Positions 26,187 through 39,729 are shown, counted from the stretch's first letter. The stretch is DNA of 64,000 nucleotides from Octopus sinensis (GCF_006345805.1 NC_043016.1:20150001-20214000), one strand, 5' to 3'. Made by a program: numbers and translations. Notes: a model not told the origin generated them from the sequence alone.

Positions 26187-26685
26187 CATTCAGGATTCTT
26201 GTCATTCTCCATAATCTAAGCACAATTAAAAGACCCACACCATTCTCAGGTCCGTCATGCTGTCTGAATACAATATCCAATACAAACGAAGCTATAACGA
26301 CAACTGCATCAAACATTTCCATCTTATGCCTGAAGAAGTCAAGTCTCAATGCATATAACCGAAGAGCAATTTCCAGCAAGAATATGCCCAAAATAGCTAA
26401 GCTAGCATAGCGCAAGATGAAAGCAACAGCCATTTTGTCATAATCATGTACCTGAAGTATTTGAAGGTCTAGCAGAAGTTCAGAAATTACCAGTAGACAA
26501 TCAAGAAAGACAAGGCAGATAATTCCAATTTGGAATATATTGGTGTTAATCAAGTGGATGACCCGTTCACGGATTGTGCGGAATTCTTGTTTGGTTTCAT
26601 CAGAATCCGTAGTGACTGAACTGTTGGAATCTTCCTTCTCGATAACCTTCTCCAAGTCATCATGGAGTTTATGGAACCCTTCCAT
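26187..26685 (-). CDS. HVCN1: Voltage-gated proton channel Hv1, main coding exon (N-terminus and S1-S4)
   Basis: S1 FQIGIICLVFLDCLLVISELLLDL carries the selectivity Asp (D62, human D112). S2 has F102/E105, S3 is FFRHKMEMFDAVVV, and S4 LRLWRMTRILN is the Hv signature RxWRxxR..N. The acceptor TTTAG lies just upstream (exon starts 26691) and the donor G|GTAAGT is at 26187/26186. Spliced CDS is 499+584 nt = 360 aa plus stop. Confidence 0.95.
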
Positions 26686-27027
26686 CTTGACCTAAATTTA
26701 AAAAATAGCATATTTAAATATACTAAATAAGAAATAAAGAAAGTTATAAAAAAAAATCTACATAAAATCTGCACAATGTTGACAAGGTCAGAGAGATCAA
26801 ATTCGTCCCCTTTTCTGCAAACACACTATCCTTCCCCTAATCATGTAAATTAACTTGAAAAATTTATCGATTCCTAGAAATTATCTCCCCCTTCTCATAA
26901 GATTCAAATATCTGCTGCTAGGATTTTGCCTGTAGCATTCAGTATACCATTCCTTCATTTTACAATGCTTTATATTTCACTTCATACTTTTGTCGTGAAA
27001 TCCTATCAATGTTGCTTTTGTCTTTAA

Positions 27028-27245
27028 CCCTTTCATTACCAATCCGACTGAAACCGGTTCTGGCTCTGAGTATAAATGTCTTGTTTTCATAAGTTTTGAA
27101 TTAAAATCCTCCACCAAACCTTAGTCACAATTTATGTTCCTAACACTAGCTTAATGATGACTAAGTTATTTTACTAAATTCTTTGTTATATTTAAAGTAA
27201 CTGAAAGAAACACAGCATCTCAACAGAAATATGATAACAAAAGGG
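27028..27245. mobile_element. piggyBac-type MITE
   Basis: Termini TTAA-CCCTTTCATTAC ... ATAACAAAAGGG-ATAA (CCCTTT/AAAGGG TIR, degenerate TTAA TSD). Confidence 0.6.
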
Positions 27246-27269
27246 ATAATCCTCTGGAATTAAATTACA

Positions 27270-27595
27270 CAGGCGCAGGAGTGGCTGTGTGACAAGTAGC
27301 TTGCTTACCAGCCACATGGCTCCAGGTTCAGTCCCACTACATGGCACCTTGGGCAAGTGGCTTTTACTATAGCCTTGAGCTGACCAAAGCCTTGTGAGTG
27401 GATTTGGCAGGCGGAAATTGAAAGAAACCCATCGTGTATATATGTGTGTTTACGTCCCTGTAACTTAGCTGTTCGGCAAAACAGACCACTAGAATAAGTA
27501 CTAGGCTTACAAGGAATAAATCCTGGGGTCAGTTTGCTCGACTAAAGGCAGTGCTCCAGCATGGCTGCAGTCAAATGACAAAAGGATAAAAGAAT
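27270..27595 (+). mobile_element. Near full-length tRNA-derived SINE
   Basis: GGCGCAGGAGTGGCTGTGTG head, GGTTCAGTCCC B-box, CCTTGGGCAAGTG core and an A-rich tail; same family as 55865-56272. Confidence 0.85.
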
Positions 27596-27807
27596 AGAAT
27601 CTGCTTTTAATACTAATTGTTCAAATTTGCAGCCAACTAAAGTTTGAAGCTCAAAAGCATTCCAACTATGTATGACCATCTCAACTTATTCAAGTCACTG
27701 CCTGGAATCAAACTTGGAATCTTGAGGTTAGTAGCTTGTGCTCAACCACTACACCATATGCCTGTGGGCAATTATGGAGTGAATTTTAGGGCTTATAAAT
27801 CTAATAT

Positions 27808-28190
27808 TTTCCTATCTTTCTTTAATACCAGTTCCCATATGCTACTCCTATCTGCACTGGGCCTGCTTAAGAGGTTGCTGTCTTCTAGCATATTTACTGG
27901 CTCTTTTAGTTACCATATTTTCCAGTGGTGTCCTCTATTATTTTAACTTTATCCCACAGGGGGATGAAGTTAAAAGGAGATATTGATAAATTGGGAATAG
28001 CTGATCATGTACGGAAAAAATGGAGACCACATCCCTCTGTGGGATGAAGTTAAAATAAGAGACAGAACACAATTGGAATATACAAAAACTAAAAGAGGCA
28101 GCACAAATGCTAGGACATAATAACCTCCTAAGCAGACTGAGTGCAGATATGAGTAGCATATGGGAACTGGTATTAAGGAAGGATAGGAAA
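27808..28190. repeat. Foldback element with ~160-bp imperfect inverted arms
   Basis: The arm at 27808-27966 (TTAATACCAGTTCCCATATGCTACTC...) is the reverse complement of the arm at 28030-28190 (...GAGTAGCATATGGGAACTGGTATTAA). Confidence 0.85.
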
Positions 28191-30322
28191 CGTTAAACAG
28201 GATGAGGACAAATTTCCGTCAAACGTAAATAATGTGTATCTCAACTTATTTTAAGTATACAGTGTACTGAAGACAACAGAAATAAATCTGTTCTACACTG
28301 GGTCAAAATCATTTACAAGTTCAGATTAAGTGGTCCTTGCTCATGTTTATAAAAGGGTGTCATTTATGGGGAATCTGGTTGCTATTTCCAGTACAGAAGG
28401 CTATCACTTTAGCTTGTCTTGAAACTAATTGCTTAGCTTGTAGGTTAGCCTTGATCAAATTAAGGTATGATTGAAGAATTCAGAATATGACTTAAATATA
28501 TACACACACACATATACACTCCGCCGAGTGGTTGGTGTTAGGAAGGGCATGCAGCTGTAAAAATCCTGCCAAAACAGTCACAGAAGTCTGGTGCAGGCTT
28601 GGGCCAGGCTGACTTGTACCACCCCACCCATGCTAGCATGGAACATGGGCATTAAATGACACACACATGCACATATATGCACACATATACAAACATACAA
28701 AGGTGCAGACAATATTTGAGGATAGATTTATGGTTAAAAAAAAAACTTGTATAATAAAAAAAAATTTTTTAATAAAAATAAACGTAAAACCAAATTATCA
28801 ATTTAATAATTTCATTCAATAAAACCACCATAAACATCAATAACTGTCTCTACGCGGTGTCGAAATCATTTGCAAGTTCAGATTAAGTCATCCTTGTTCA
28901 TATTGGATATGACTCAAAGTATGGCAGCTTTCAAAAATCTTTGGTACTATGGGGGTGACCATTGATAATTTTCTCAATGATGCTCCATATATAGTAGTGA
29001 ACAGATCTGGTAGGCAGAAACTGAATGAAGCCCATTGTGTGTGTGTGTGTGTGTAGATGTCCTACCTGACAACCAGTGTTGGTTTGTTTACATTCCCATA
29101 ACTTAGTTTTGCAAAAGGAACCCGTACCAGACCTTAAAAAAAAAAAAATCAAGTACTGGGGGTCAATTTCTCTGATTAAACCCTTCAATATTGCACCTAG
29201 CATGGCTGCAGTACAATCACTGACAAAAGTGAAAGATAAATGTCTGAAATATATAATGAAGCAATTATAGATGTGCGATTCATTTGATATGTTAAGTACC
29301 TATTTCAGCAAGGCTGTTTAATAAAACTTGAGAGGGTGTAGTTAACAGAGAGAGAGAAAGGTTATGATGGAAATTGGACACTAATCACTTGAAGATAGTA
29401 AAGTGTTGGTTATCTTATTTCTAAAATTTTACGTTTTATCTTATCTATTTTATTTACGCATTTAATTCAACTCTAGCACAGCTGCCAATCTGCTGATGAC
29501 CTACTATGCTTAACTGAGTATCAGTTAATCAGAAATTTTTCATTCTTTTTTAATCTGGTGTCAGCCAGAGACAAGAGGTGAGTGGTAGATAAAAGACTGA
29601 ACAGAGAGGTGGATGGACGAATGGGACAGTTCGGTACCATCAAGGATGAAGGAATTATTTAGTTCTAGGTCAGCAGTGCTTGAAACGATATGATTAAAAG
29701 GCATTCCAGCCATGACTACCCCATCTTTTCAAAGTGTATTGCTAACTACATTAATGTATCTGCAACAATTTTTATATATTTATAAGAATTCATTGTGGCT
29801 CTATATAGAGATAGTACGTTTGATGTCTGGCATGTGCACCTTGCCAGGGATGGTCAGGTGGACTGGCATCACCAGTTCTCACTCAACTCTTAATCTCTCA
29901 CTCGATGGCTCAGAGTGCAACACCCTGGTACCCCACTTCAGCTGGTGAGGAGATGGTGTTAACACATCAATAAGCAAGATTCTGGGTAAGTCTTCTCAAG
30001 GAGTCATTGGCTAGGACAGAGGAACCCGCTTAGGACAACTCTCAGGTGTTCAAGTCCAAGACATGTCTCAGGAAGAGGAATATGATTGTGGATAACATCT
30101 TGCATTGGTGACATCATCAACCAATGCCCCAACAACCGCACAGTAAAGGGATAGGAAGGAAGTACATACTCATTCTTCCTTCACCCTTGAGCGGTTAAGT
30201 TCATTTTACAGTCCTGAGATCTTGGGTTCAATACCACTACTTTGCTTTTTGAACAAGTTTTTTTTTCCCCCATACAATGACATTGAATGAAACCTTGTGA
30301 AAGAAATTGTGTAAGCAGAAGC

Positions 30323-30348
30323 AGAGAGAGAGAGAGAGAGAGACAGGC

Positions 30349-30383
<35 letters not shown>

Positions 30384-30396
30384 GAGAGAGACAGAC

Positions 30397-30427
<31 letters not shown>

Positions 30428-30502
30428 GACAGTGACAGAAAGAGAGAGAGACAGAGAGAGAGATAGAAAGAGAAAGAGAGAAAAAGAGAGACAGAGAGAG
30501 AG
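30323..30502. repeat. (AG)n/(AGAC)n compound microsatellite
   Basis: Direct observation. Confidence 0.95.
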
Positions 30503-31719
30503 CATTTAAGCTCATCAGAGGGATTGAATCTGTAATTCAAAAGGATCAACTACAGTTTCTGTATTGATTCAATTTTAGAAGTAGCATGTGTGGAATACTC
30601 AGCCACAAAGACAATCCAAGTGATAAAACACCTTAATACTTTTTTTTTTGATGATACATTCACTGTTCACTTTGTCAGTGCATTATTTTATTTTATGTAC
30701 TATACATGCACTATTGGCTACCTTCTTTGATGAGTTATATTTTACCTGAGCACTGTATACAACGGTTTTATTATTTTAAATGTGCACCGTCACAATTGAT
30801 GGAGGATATCTATATAAAACAGGTGTGTGTGTCATGTCAAAACTTGAGATCCACCCAACTGATTTTAATGAAATTTTACACATGCATTACATGGGGTCCA
30901 TAAAACATGGGGCAGATAAACTGCATTTTTTTTAAGCATTTTCGCAGCATTAAGGCCTACAACTAGAGTATCCAGTTGCTTCTTCCAAATTTGCAACAAA
31001 CATTAATCAGGCTCCTTGAATTGCTGTGGACTAAAAAAGATTCAAATGCCACCTATGTATGCCCCCCACCCACCCAAATGCAGATTAATCAGATTTGAGT
31101 ATACTGCACTGGGTTTTATCTTTGTTTTAGACCATTTTCTGATAATAAAATATTGACACTACTTATGTATTATAAGCAGCATATAATATTTCATGAAAAC
31201 CTTTCCATCCAATTTGGCTGAAGAAATGAGAACATTAAAATTTTTGTCAGTACCCTGTTGATGCTTAATGTTACCATCCGCACACCACCAAGCCATGTGC
31301 ATGTGTGGTGTGGTTGGGTAAAAGCACAACAAACCCATTCATCCATTCTCCAAAAGTACCCTGTTGATGTTTCACGTTAACCAATCCTGTGCAATGCAGC
31401 ATGTCAGCTTTCTATGTCATCCATGTCAGAACTATATAATGCAAAATGTTCATACAAAAAAATTTGCTGTTGTGACTCACAGCTATTTGAGTTTGATTGA
31501 TTGACCACTTCTGGAAGCTACGCTTGCCACCTGCAATTAGCCCCCTCCCCACTTCCTGTGTTCCCTCCCTCGTTTTGTCGGATGAGTAAATACAGAATTA
31601 ATGAGGATTTGAGTGAATTCAGATGCATTGTTTTAAAACTCACCTTTATGTATGTTTATCATGTTTTGTGTGTGTTAAAAGTGTATAAATTTGAATTTAA
31701 AAAATTCTATTTTCATTCC

Positions 31720-32049
31720 TGTTGGACACCTTATTTGTCCACGACAGCTTTTTTTCAATTTGGCAGCAATCATTTTCTTTACCCTCCATCCCAAAGATGG
31801 AACAATCATTCAGCTGAGCATAAAGAACACATTCAGTTAGCAGTCCAGGAGCTAACTCCTGAAATGCTTCAAAATATGTTTCACAATGCTAAGGAGAGAT
31901 TTCAAGTATGCAGGGATACAGACATGTTGAAAATTTTCAATAACAGTTTGATGTAAGATTTATAAATCTGTTTTGGTAATAAACAAAATTCTGTCAGTTT
32001 TAAAATTTGCTCAATTTCATTGAAACAGTTAATTCTGGAACACCCTGTA
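31720..32049 (+). mobile_element. Tc1-like transposon 3' remnant
   Basis: HKEHIQLAVQELTPEMLQNMFHNAKERFQVC resembles a Tc1/IS630 transposase C-terminus. The element ends in GAACACCCTG-TA, a Tc1-type TIR plus TA. Confidence 0.6.
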
Positions 32050-32511
32050 TGGTGTAGCATTGTTAGTTGTGTTGCTCAAATAAAAATTAAAATCAAAAGG
32101 TCATCTCACTGTTAAGAATAAGAATATTGTACCAAGGAGTATATTATTCAAAATGTATCTCCTTTATAGGTGTGGCAGTGAGGTTGAGAAGCTTGCTTTC
32201 CAACCATGTCGTCTTGGGTTCAGTCCCACTGTATGACATGTTGGGCAATTCTTTCATTACAGCTCCGTGCCGACCAAAGCCTCGTGTATTATATAATTGC
32301 CATTACTGTATTGGTATATTAAATAACACATACAACTCATTGTCATATAATAAACAAATTCATGTATGAAACTGATCTTTTCCTGCTTCAATTATTGTTT
32401 TTGTCTTATAAAATACACACATACAAGAGGAGGAAATCTATATAATTTGAATGTGGCCCCCCGAGAAAGAGTAAAAGTAATTACCCGATCAATGACAGGT
32501 ATTACTGCTAT

Positions 32512-32728
32512 TAAGGCGGTGAGCTGGCAGAATCGTTAGCACGCCGGGCAAAATGCTTAGCGTATTTCGTCTGCCTTTACGTTCTGAGTTCAAATTCTGC
32601 CGAGGTCGACTTTGCCTTTCATCCTTTCGGGGTTGATAAATTAAGTACCTGTTACACACTGGGGTCGATGTAATCGACTTAATACCTATGTCTGTCTTTG
32701 TTTGTCCCCTTGTGGGTAATAAAGAAAT
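32512..32728 (+). mobile_element. Full-length tRNA-derived SINE (AAGGCGGCGAGCTGGCAGAA head, Tx1-like tail A)
   Basis: B-box-like GAGTTCAAATTC, tail ...CCCCTTGTGGGTAATAAAGAAAT, and TSD AGGTATTA(C/A)TGCTA at 32497-32510 and 32729-32742. Confidence 0.9.
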
Positions 32729-34132
32729 AGGTATTAATGCTAGTATTCCATAGATAACACTGGTGTGTGGTATTTCTACAAAACCTGTGTGACCACACAG
32801 AAGTCCTCTTAAGAGAATAAAGAGGAAAAAAAAAGTTACAAATTTCCATTTGAAATAACCATACATACATTATATTTAACAGAAAATATTTTTGTTACAC
32901 ACTGACTGGACAGATGTATTACTTGAAGCTTTTGACAAAAAAGAGGATATAGCATCACAATGTGTAGGACAACTGGAGGTTTCTGCAGGACAATCTGTTG
33001 AGGACTACAAGCCAGATCTGTGGCTGGTGCAAAGTCCCCTCTTGACCTAAGGTGACATGATGGAACAATGTAGTTGGCAGGGCCATTGGGGAAAAGAAAA
33101 TGTTCAGTTTGAATGATTGAAAGGATGAAAATACACACATATATATATATATATATGAGGAGGCAGATTAAGTCAAATGCTCAGTACAAAAAGTATGATA
33201 TGCAAGAATAGTGGCAGTAGTTGTAAGCAGAATCAAGTGTGTTAGTTTGAAGTGTAAAAAGCTATCTAGTTCCTTTCTCTACCATCAAATACTCTCTTCA
33301 TAATCCTTTATAAGCAAAAGGATATGCGCCAACAAAGAAACCTCGATACCTCGACACTAGGAAGAAAATTCATTTAGAATATACTTTCATTGTTTGATAT
33401 TCCTTTTTCTATGCCAGCAGGAATTGGATGGTTTTTCTGAATGTTTTATAGTTGGATTGTCACGGATGATAGCTTTCTAGCTAAGAAGGAAAACCATTGG
33501 GGAAGAACGAGTTCTAATATATGCTACTTTTGCCTGTAGACAGGCTCCCACACTTTCCATTAACCAAGATTTACATAGGTCCTTGATTAACTCAAGACTA
33601 TGGCAGAAAGCACTTGTCCCATCTGATAAGCAATGGAATCAAACATGAAGCTACTTGGTTGGGACATGAACCACAACTCAAACTACTCAGCAATGCTGTC
33701 ACTGAAACAAAGTCAAACTAGTAAAAGATTTCCATGTCTTTACAGCAGTGGCTGCCATCATTCTACAGGCAGTATATCGTATTTGAGTCCATGTTTTAGT
33801 TCCCAGTTACCATTTCACATCAGTCAAGGTTTAAGAAAAACAACATTTCTCTCACAACTATAAATGAAATATATGAGCAACAAGATGCTCTCTCTCAGTA
33901 GTCATCAAGCCTGCTGGGAAAAAACAGCCGAATTATACCCTGTCTAAATAACAGATGTATTGGTCAAAATAACTAATAAACAGAAGGTTAGAACAGTGAA
34001 AGATGGATTGGTCAATTAAATCAATCTCAGTATTTTATTTTGCTGACCTTGAAAAGCAGCTACTGGAACATGATAAAGTCTTCAGACAGGTTGGATCTTG
34101 TCAAACCTTCCAACCAGTGCAAACATAAAATA

Positions 34133-34735
34133 TTACCGTTGTGTCTGGGGAGAGTCATTTTCTTTTTGTGCCTTATAATGTAACACACTCACTAGTAAAA
34201 TTTCCACTTTTTTCTTATTTTTATTTTCCTAAAATTTTCGTTGCATCTTGCAACCTTTTGTTTGTTTGTGCACATTTGTGTGGGTCAGTGTGTGTGTGTG
34301 TGACTATACATGCATGTATGTATATGTTTGCATGTGTATGTATTGTATATATGTGTGTATGCATATGTATATATGTACGTATGTGTGTGCATCTGCATGT
34401 ACGTATCCTGCATATTTATGTGCTTGCATGTCCGTGTTTGTGTATTTTCTATGCATGTGTTTGTATATGTGTGCATCTCTGTCTCCTTGTGTGTGCATGT
34501 GTGTGTTATGCAACTTTGTACCATGTTTGTATGTATGGATGTGCATCTTTATATGTGTGGATCCGTGTCTCCATATGTGTGTTCTTAAAGCCTGTATACC
34601 TAGCCGTCTGTATATCGAACTGTTTATTTTCATATCTATATGCTTACATACAGGGAAAAAGTGGAAATTTTACCGGTGAGTGTGTTAAATTATAAGGCAC
34701 AAAAAGGAAATGACTCTCCCCAGACACAACAGAAT
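34133..34735. mobile_element. MITE with ~75-bp terminal inverted repeats and a degenerate (TG/TA) interior
   Basis: GTTGTGTCTGGGGAGAGTCATTT.CTTTTTGTGCCTTATAAT.TAACACACTCAC..GTAAAATTTCCACTTTT (34138-34211) is inverted at 34657-34730. Confidence 0.9.
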
Positions 34736-36315
34736 ATACTTCAACACACGAACTCAAAGAATCTTGCAAACCAAATCCAAAAACAAAATATAAAATATTA
34801 CTGTTGTATAAGAATGTTGGAAAGTAAAGTCGACCACAATAAGATTAGTAGTGAATTATTTAGTCACTAGCGCACACACATAAAATTGACTGAACTGAGA
34901 ACAATGTATGATCTATTTTATTGGCCAATGAAATTACAAAGGTAAAAATTAAGCCTCACAGGATTAGGGCTCAGAACTAAAGGATGTCAACCATAAGTTA
35001 TAAGTGTAACTATTTTAACCCACTGAATCTAATTCAGTGTATTACTAAAACTTAAATTTGTTTATCCAGGAAGGGTTAAATTATCTGAACTATAAAAATG
35101 CTGATAAGCACAATACTTAAAACTTAAGCAGTGGTGATAGTCACTAAACAATATATTTCTGTGTGTGTGTGTGTGTAAAGCAAATATTTCCTATTGTGGC
35201 CTCTGACCTATATTAGAGGAGTGAATTGATTGACTAAACTCTTGAAAGCTACGTTCCAAAGTTTGCTAGTATATTTGATAAAGTCAATCAAGAATGTTAA
35301 AAGTACACCTTTGGTAATGAAAATAATCATTAAATGACTAAGGAGGTGTCTTTAGTAATTGATGACGACAACCACAAACTTTTGTGTCTTACTCAAAGAG
35401 TTATAATTACAGTACTGAATGATGTGGTCAACAGATGATCATGTACACAACTGTTGAACTAATCAATTAGCAATTACAAAAAAAAATCTTTCTTCTCAGT
35501 TACAAAGACGTCTTAAGTGATTGACATCAATAAAAAGAAAAGACCTTTATTTGTATATAGTTTTACCATTGTTTACTAACAAACACATACAGCCACAATG
35601 TTTAGAACTATACAATATACAGAATTAAGAACATTATTTAAATTTTTGTTTTTGTTCTAAAATCTATAACCCATTAACTTGAGTTTTCACAAACCATCGG
35701 TAACTAAGATACACTTAGATGTTTACTTATTTTTCTTGGTGGCTGTGAATGCCACACTTACAATCGAGATAGTTTCATCAAATGGAAATCAATAAAGGTA
35801 TTATGGGTTAATAGATTCACATTACAGTAAACACTTACTAGACAGCTTATATTGTTACAACACAAACACTGTTCCCACTTTTAAGACAATGCTGCTACCA
35901 CAAACTTTCCTGACCACAAAAAGAATGAAAAAAGGCCACCTGATAGGGTTAAAATTGTTCATTCACACACTATAATCTATCTCTATGGCTAACAAACAAT
36001 CTAACTAGTGTTCTTTTGTGTCTTGAAACTGGGTGACCATGTCAGCTCAGCTTGTCACCGGGTATTGTGTCTGGAGGCTTTATGGTTACTTGATTTGCTA
36101 GAAATAACAAGGAATCATGCCACCCACCCGCTTAACAAACTATCAACAATTAACGAACCATCTAACAATTTAATTTAATGCCACGTGTCAAATAAGTAAT
36201 CAATCTAAAATACAGTTGAGAGGTGACAGTGCAATACGACTGTCAGTAATTAATGAGGATGTATAAATTTAAAAGTGCATATTATTTTCTTTGAATAATA
36301 ATTTGATATATTTAT

Positions 36316-36534
36316 AGTGGCGAGCTGGCAGAACCGTTAGCATGCCAGGCGAAATGCATAGCTGTATTTCGTCTGCCGTTACGTTCTGAGTTCAAATTCC
36401 ACTGAGGTCGACTTTGCCTTTCATCCTTTCAGGGTTGATTCAGTACCAGTTATGCACTGGGGTCGATGTAATCGACTTAATCCGTTTGTTCTTGTTTGTC
36501 CCCTCTCTGTTTAGCCCCTTGTGGGTAAAGAAAC
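36316..36534 (+). mobile_element. Full-length tRNA-derived SINE (tail A)
   Basis: Same family as 32512-32728; TSD AATTTGATATATTTAT at 36300-36315 and 36535-36550. Confidence 0.9.
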
Positions 36535-36689
36535 AATTTGATATATTTATGGTAGAGGTGGTACAGGTAGTGAGTAAAAACACAAAGGATAGTCAAGCTG
36601 GAAGTATATGTCAGCTATCCAAATCTACAGTTTATACTGTCATTGATAGTACACTTGGTACTTAAGAATGAGGGACCAGCTACCTGACT

Positions 36690-38560
36690 CAACATTCCTT
36701 GGTAGATAAAACAATTAAGGATATGAAGACAGGGAAAGCCCCAGCCCATCAGGAATCACTGCTGAGATACTGAAAACATCTGGCAGCGTGGGTTATGGTC
36801 TAATCACCTGTATTATAAATCAGGTGGTTCATGAAAGAGTCATACCCAATGACTGGTGGAGCAATACCATAGTCAACTGCTACAAAGGTAAAGGTGATGC
36901 CATAGAAAGAAATAATTACAGAAGTATCAAGTTGTTGGATCAGGTGATGAGAGTCCAACTAACTAGGGAGAGAGTTAGCCTAGATGAGATGCATGGAGAA
37001 GCACCACTGATGCTATATTTCTGGTAAGGCAGTTGCAAGAGAAATACATAGCTAAAGATAAATCTCTGTAGTTGGCCTTTGTTGACATGGAGAAAAGCCT
37101 TTGACAGGGTCCCCCAATCCCTTTTCTGGTAGTCAATGCAGGAACTAGGGATAGATAAGTGGTTGGTGAGAGCTGTACAAGTCGTGTACAGGGACGCTAT
37201 CAGTAAGGTGAGGATTGGCAATGAGTACAGTGAAGAATTCAGGGTACAAGTCAGGGTTCACCAAGGATTGGTGCTCAGCCCCTTTTTATTAGTCATAGTC
37301 CTCCAGGCAATAACAGAGGAATTTAAGAAGGCTCCTCTATGCTGATGACCTTGCTCTTATAGTCAAGTCACTACCAGAACTAGAAGTTCCAGGTATGGAA
37401 GCAAGGTCTAGAATTGAAGTCTTAAGAAGGAAGGCAGACAAATCACAAATTCCTTCAGATAGAGGGCCCTGCTTGATCTGTGGAAAAGGAGTAGGTAGAA
37501 ACTCCATAAGATGCAGCCAATTACAGCAATATCAGAGGAAGAGTAACAGGGAAACTAGCTGTTGTATGTGGAAGATGCACATGTACAATAAATGCTGAAA
37601 ATGTGCAGAAAACAGACTGCATCAACTGCCAGTGGGGCAAGCTAGAGATAGTAGATAGCTTCTGTTATACAGGTGATCAAGTTAGTAGTAGAAATGGACG
37701 CTCTGAGAGCATAGCTGTGAGAAAATTAGGTTGGACAAAAGAACTACCTCTGCTGGCAACAAAGAGCCTCTCTCCCCAGAGTGAAAGGTAGATTGTATGA
37801 TGCCTGTGTGCGAACAGCTATGTTACATGGCAGTGAAATATGGGCTGTGACAGCTAGGGACATACATAGGCTCTGAGAAATGAAGCCAGTATGCTTTGTT
37901 GGATGTGCAATGCCAATGTGCATGTTCGACAGAGTGCAAGCATCTTGAGAGAAAAGTTAGACATAAGAGGCATCAGATGTGGTGTGCAAGAGAGACGACT
38001 GTGCTGGTATGGTCATGTGATGTGTATGGACAAGGACAGCTGTGTCAAGAAGTACCAATCTGCAACTGTGGAGGGAACCTATGGTAGGGGTACACCCAAG
38101 AAAACATGGGACAAAATGGTGAAGCACTTCAAACTGAGCTTCACAAAGGCAATGACTAGTGACCAAGACCTTTGGTTATATGCTGTGCTTGAGAAGACTT
38201 GTCAAGTGAAATCCTAGTCATGGCTGATGTAGGTGTCACATAACTTGCACATGTGCAGGTGGCACGTAAAGAGCATCTATCGAGTGTTGGGCCTCATGGA
38301 GGTAATGACCGAGACCTTTGGCATTGTTATGCTTGAGAAGACTCAAATCAAGTAAAATCGCAGTCAGGACAAATAGTGGTGTCACGTAAATGGTACCTGT
38401 ACTGGTGGTATGTAAAAACATCCATTACACTCTCAGAGCAGTTGGCACCAGGAAGGGCATCCAGCCATAGAAAACCATGCCAAATGAGACTGGAGTCTGG
38501 TGCAGCCTTCCAGCTCTGGTCGAACTGTCAACCCATGCCACAATGGACAATTAAATGAAG
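36690..38560 (+). mobile_element. Decayed 5'-truncated RTE-clade LINE
   Basis: RT motifs IPNDWWSNTIVNCYKGKGDAIERNNYRSIKLL, AFVD.EKAFDRV, VHQGLVLSPFLL, LYADDL, RRLCWYGHVM and GRGTPKKTW, with many frameshifts, followed by the RTE-type 3' UTR. Confidence 0.9.
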
Positions 38561-39156
38561 AAAAGTTGGTGAAATTCTACATTTTTCCAAGCCATTACAT
38601 TATGGTTTTACAAAGTACTTTATATAGCAGTGATAGTCGATTAACCACTTATGAAATCAATTCAGATAAAACTTCTTGTAACTCAACCAGCTCGGTAAGA
38701 CAGTGACCCACCCCCCACCCACTCCAAATTAGCTGTACTGTAAATGAAAACACGACTACAGTGAACTGTCTTTTACCAAGAGCCTTTTTTAAAAATTGAA
38801 AGGTTTTTGTTAATGGTGCCAAACATTTCTACTAGCCAGCATATATGCTTTCTTTGGTTTTATATATATATGTGTGTGTGTATGTTCTTTGGTTATATAT
38901 ATGTCGGCCAGTATACTATTGGTTATGGAATATGTGACAGAATGCCAGATGGTTTTGCACTGACTACTGCACCTGGCAATATTGATGACCACTCAATTTC
39001 TTTAAGACTGCTTTGTTTCTCTGCCCCACCAATCGTGGACATATAGAACAATTACAAATCACTAGTTTTGCCTCAGTGTAACAGTTGACATGAAATTGTT
39101 GGTAACATTCAGTTCATTTATGTTCAATAACCAGTAATATACTGCTTGACTGCCTG

Positions 39157-39189
<33 letters not shown>

Positions 39190-39191
<2 letters not shown>

Positions 39192-39390
39192 TATAAGCGA
39201 TCACAGTGCAATGACTAAAAATAGTCTATTAAAAGGGTGTATAAACCCCTCGACAGAAGAAGGGTTTCCCTGTATGCGTGATATTCAAATCCACATGTCC
39301 CACATGCATTGGAAAACTTTTCCATTGAAGGCTTACACACCCCATTATTAGACTATTTCCTATAGTCATTGCATAGTTATAAGCTTATAA
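39190..39390. mobile_element. Short foldback/MITE-like element next to (TA)n
   Basis: TTATAAGC...TGCAATGACTA...AATAGTCTA is inverted by TAGACTATT...TAGTCATTGCA...GCTTATAA. Confidence 0.6.
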
Positions 39391-39729
39391 AATTCTACAA
39401 CTTAACAGAATTGTAAAAAAAAACCCCAATGTTGCTTACTATAACACATATCTATTGATAGCCTTTATGGCAAAGCTCTCAGTTCACAGATGCAATCCTA
39501 GGAATTTTTCGAAGGGAAGGCACAAGGTCAGAAAGAAATACAGTTCCAGGAGAAAAGGGCACACATGCCCCTCAAGCACACCCTTGGGTCTGCCCTGGTT
39601 CAGTTCACTGGGTATTGTCATGACAAACTGTGCTTCTGAGCATTTAAACCGGAGTGCAATTCTCTCATATATATATATATACATGCATACATACAGAGAG
39701 AGCTGATATGTGAGTGATATTAAAACATG

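Noticed and set aside
32512-32600. tRNA gene calls at SINE heads (also 24129, 27270, 36316, 39730)
   Set aside because: A/B-box-like motifs are present, but they continue into SINE bodies with TSDs and I could not build a full cloverleaf.
34141-34695. Cys/Val/Tyr-rich ORFs in several frames
   Set aside because: Translations of the degenerate TG repeat inside a MITE.
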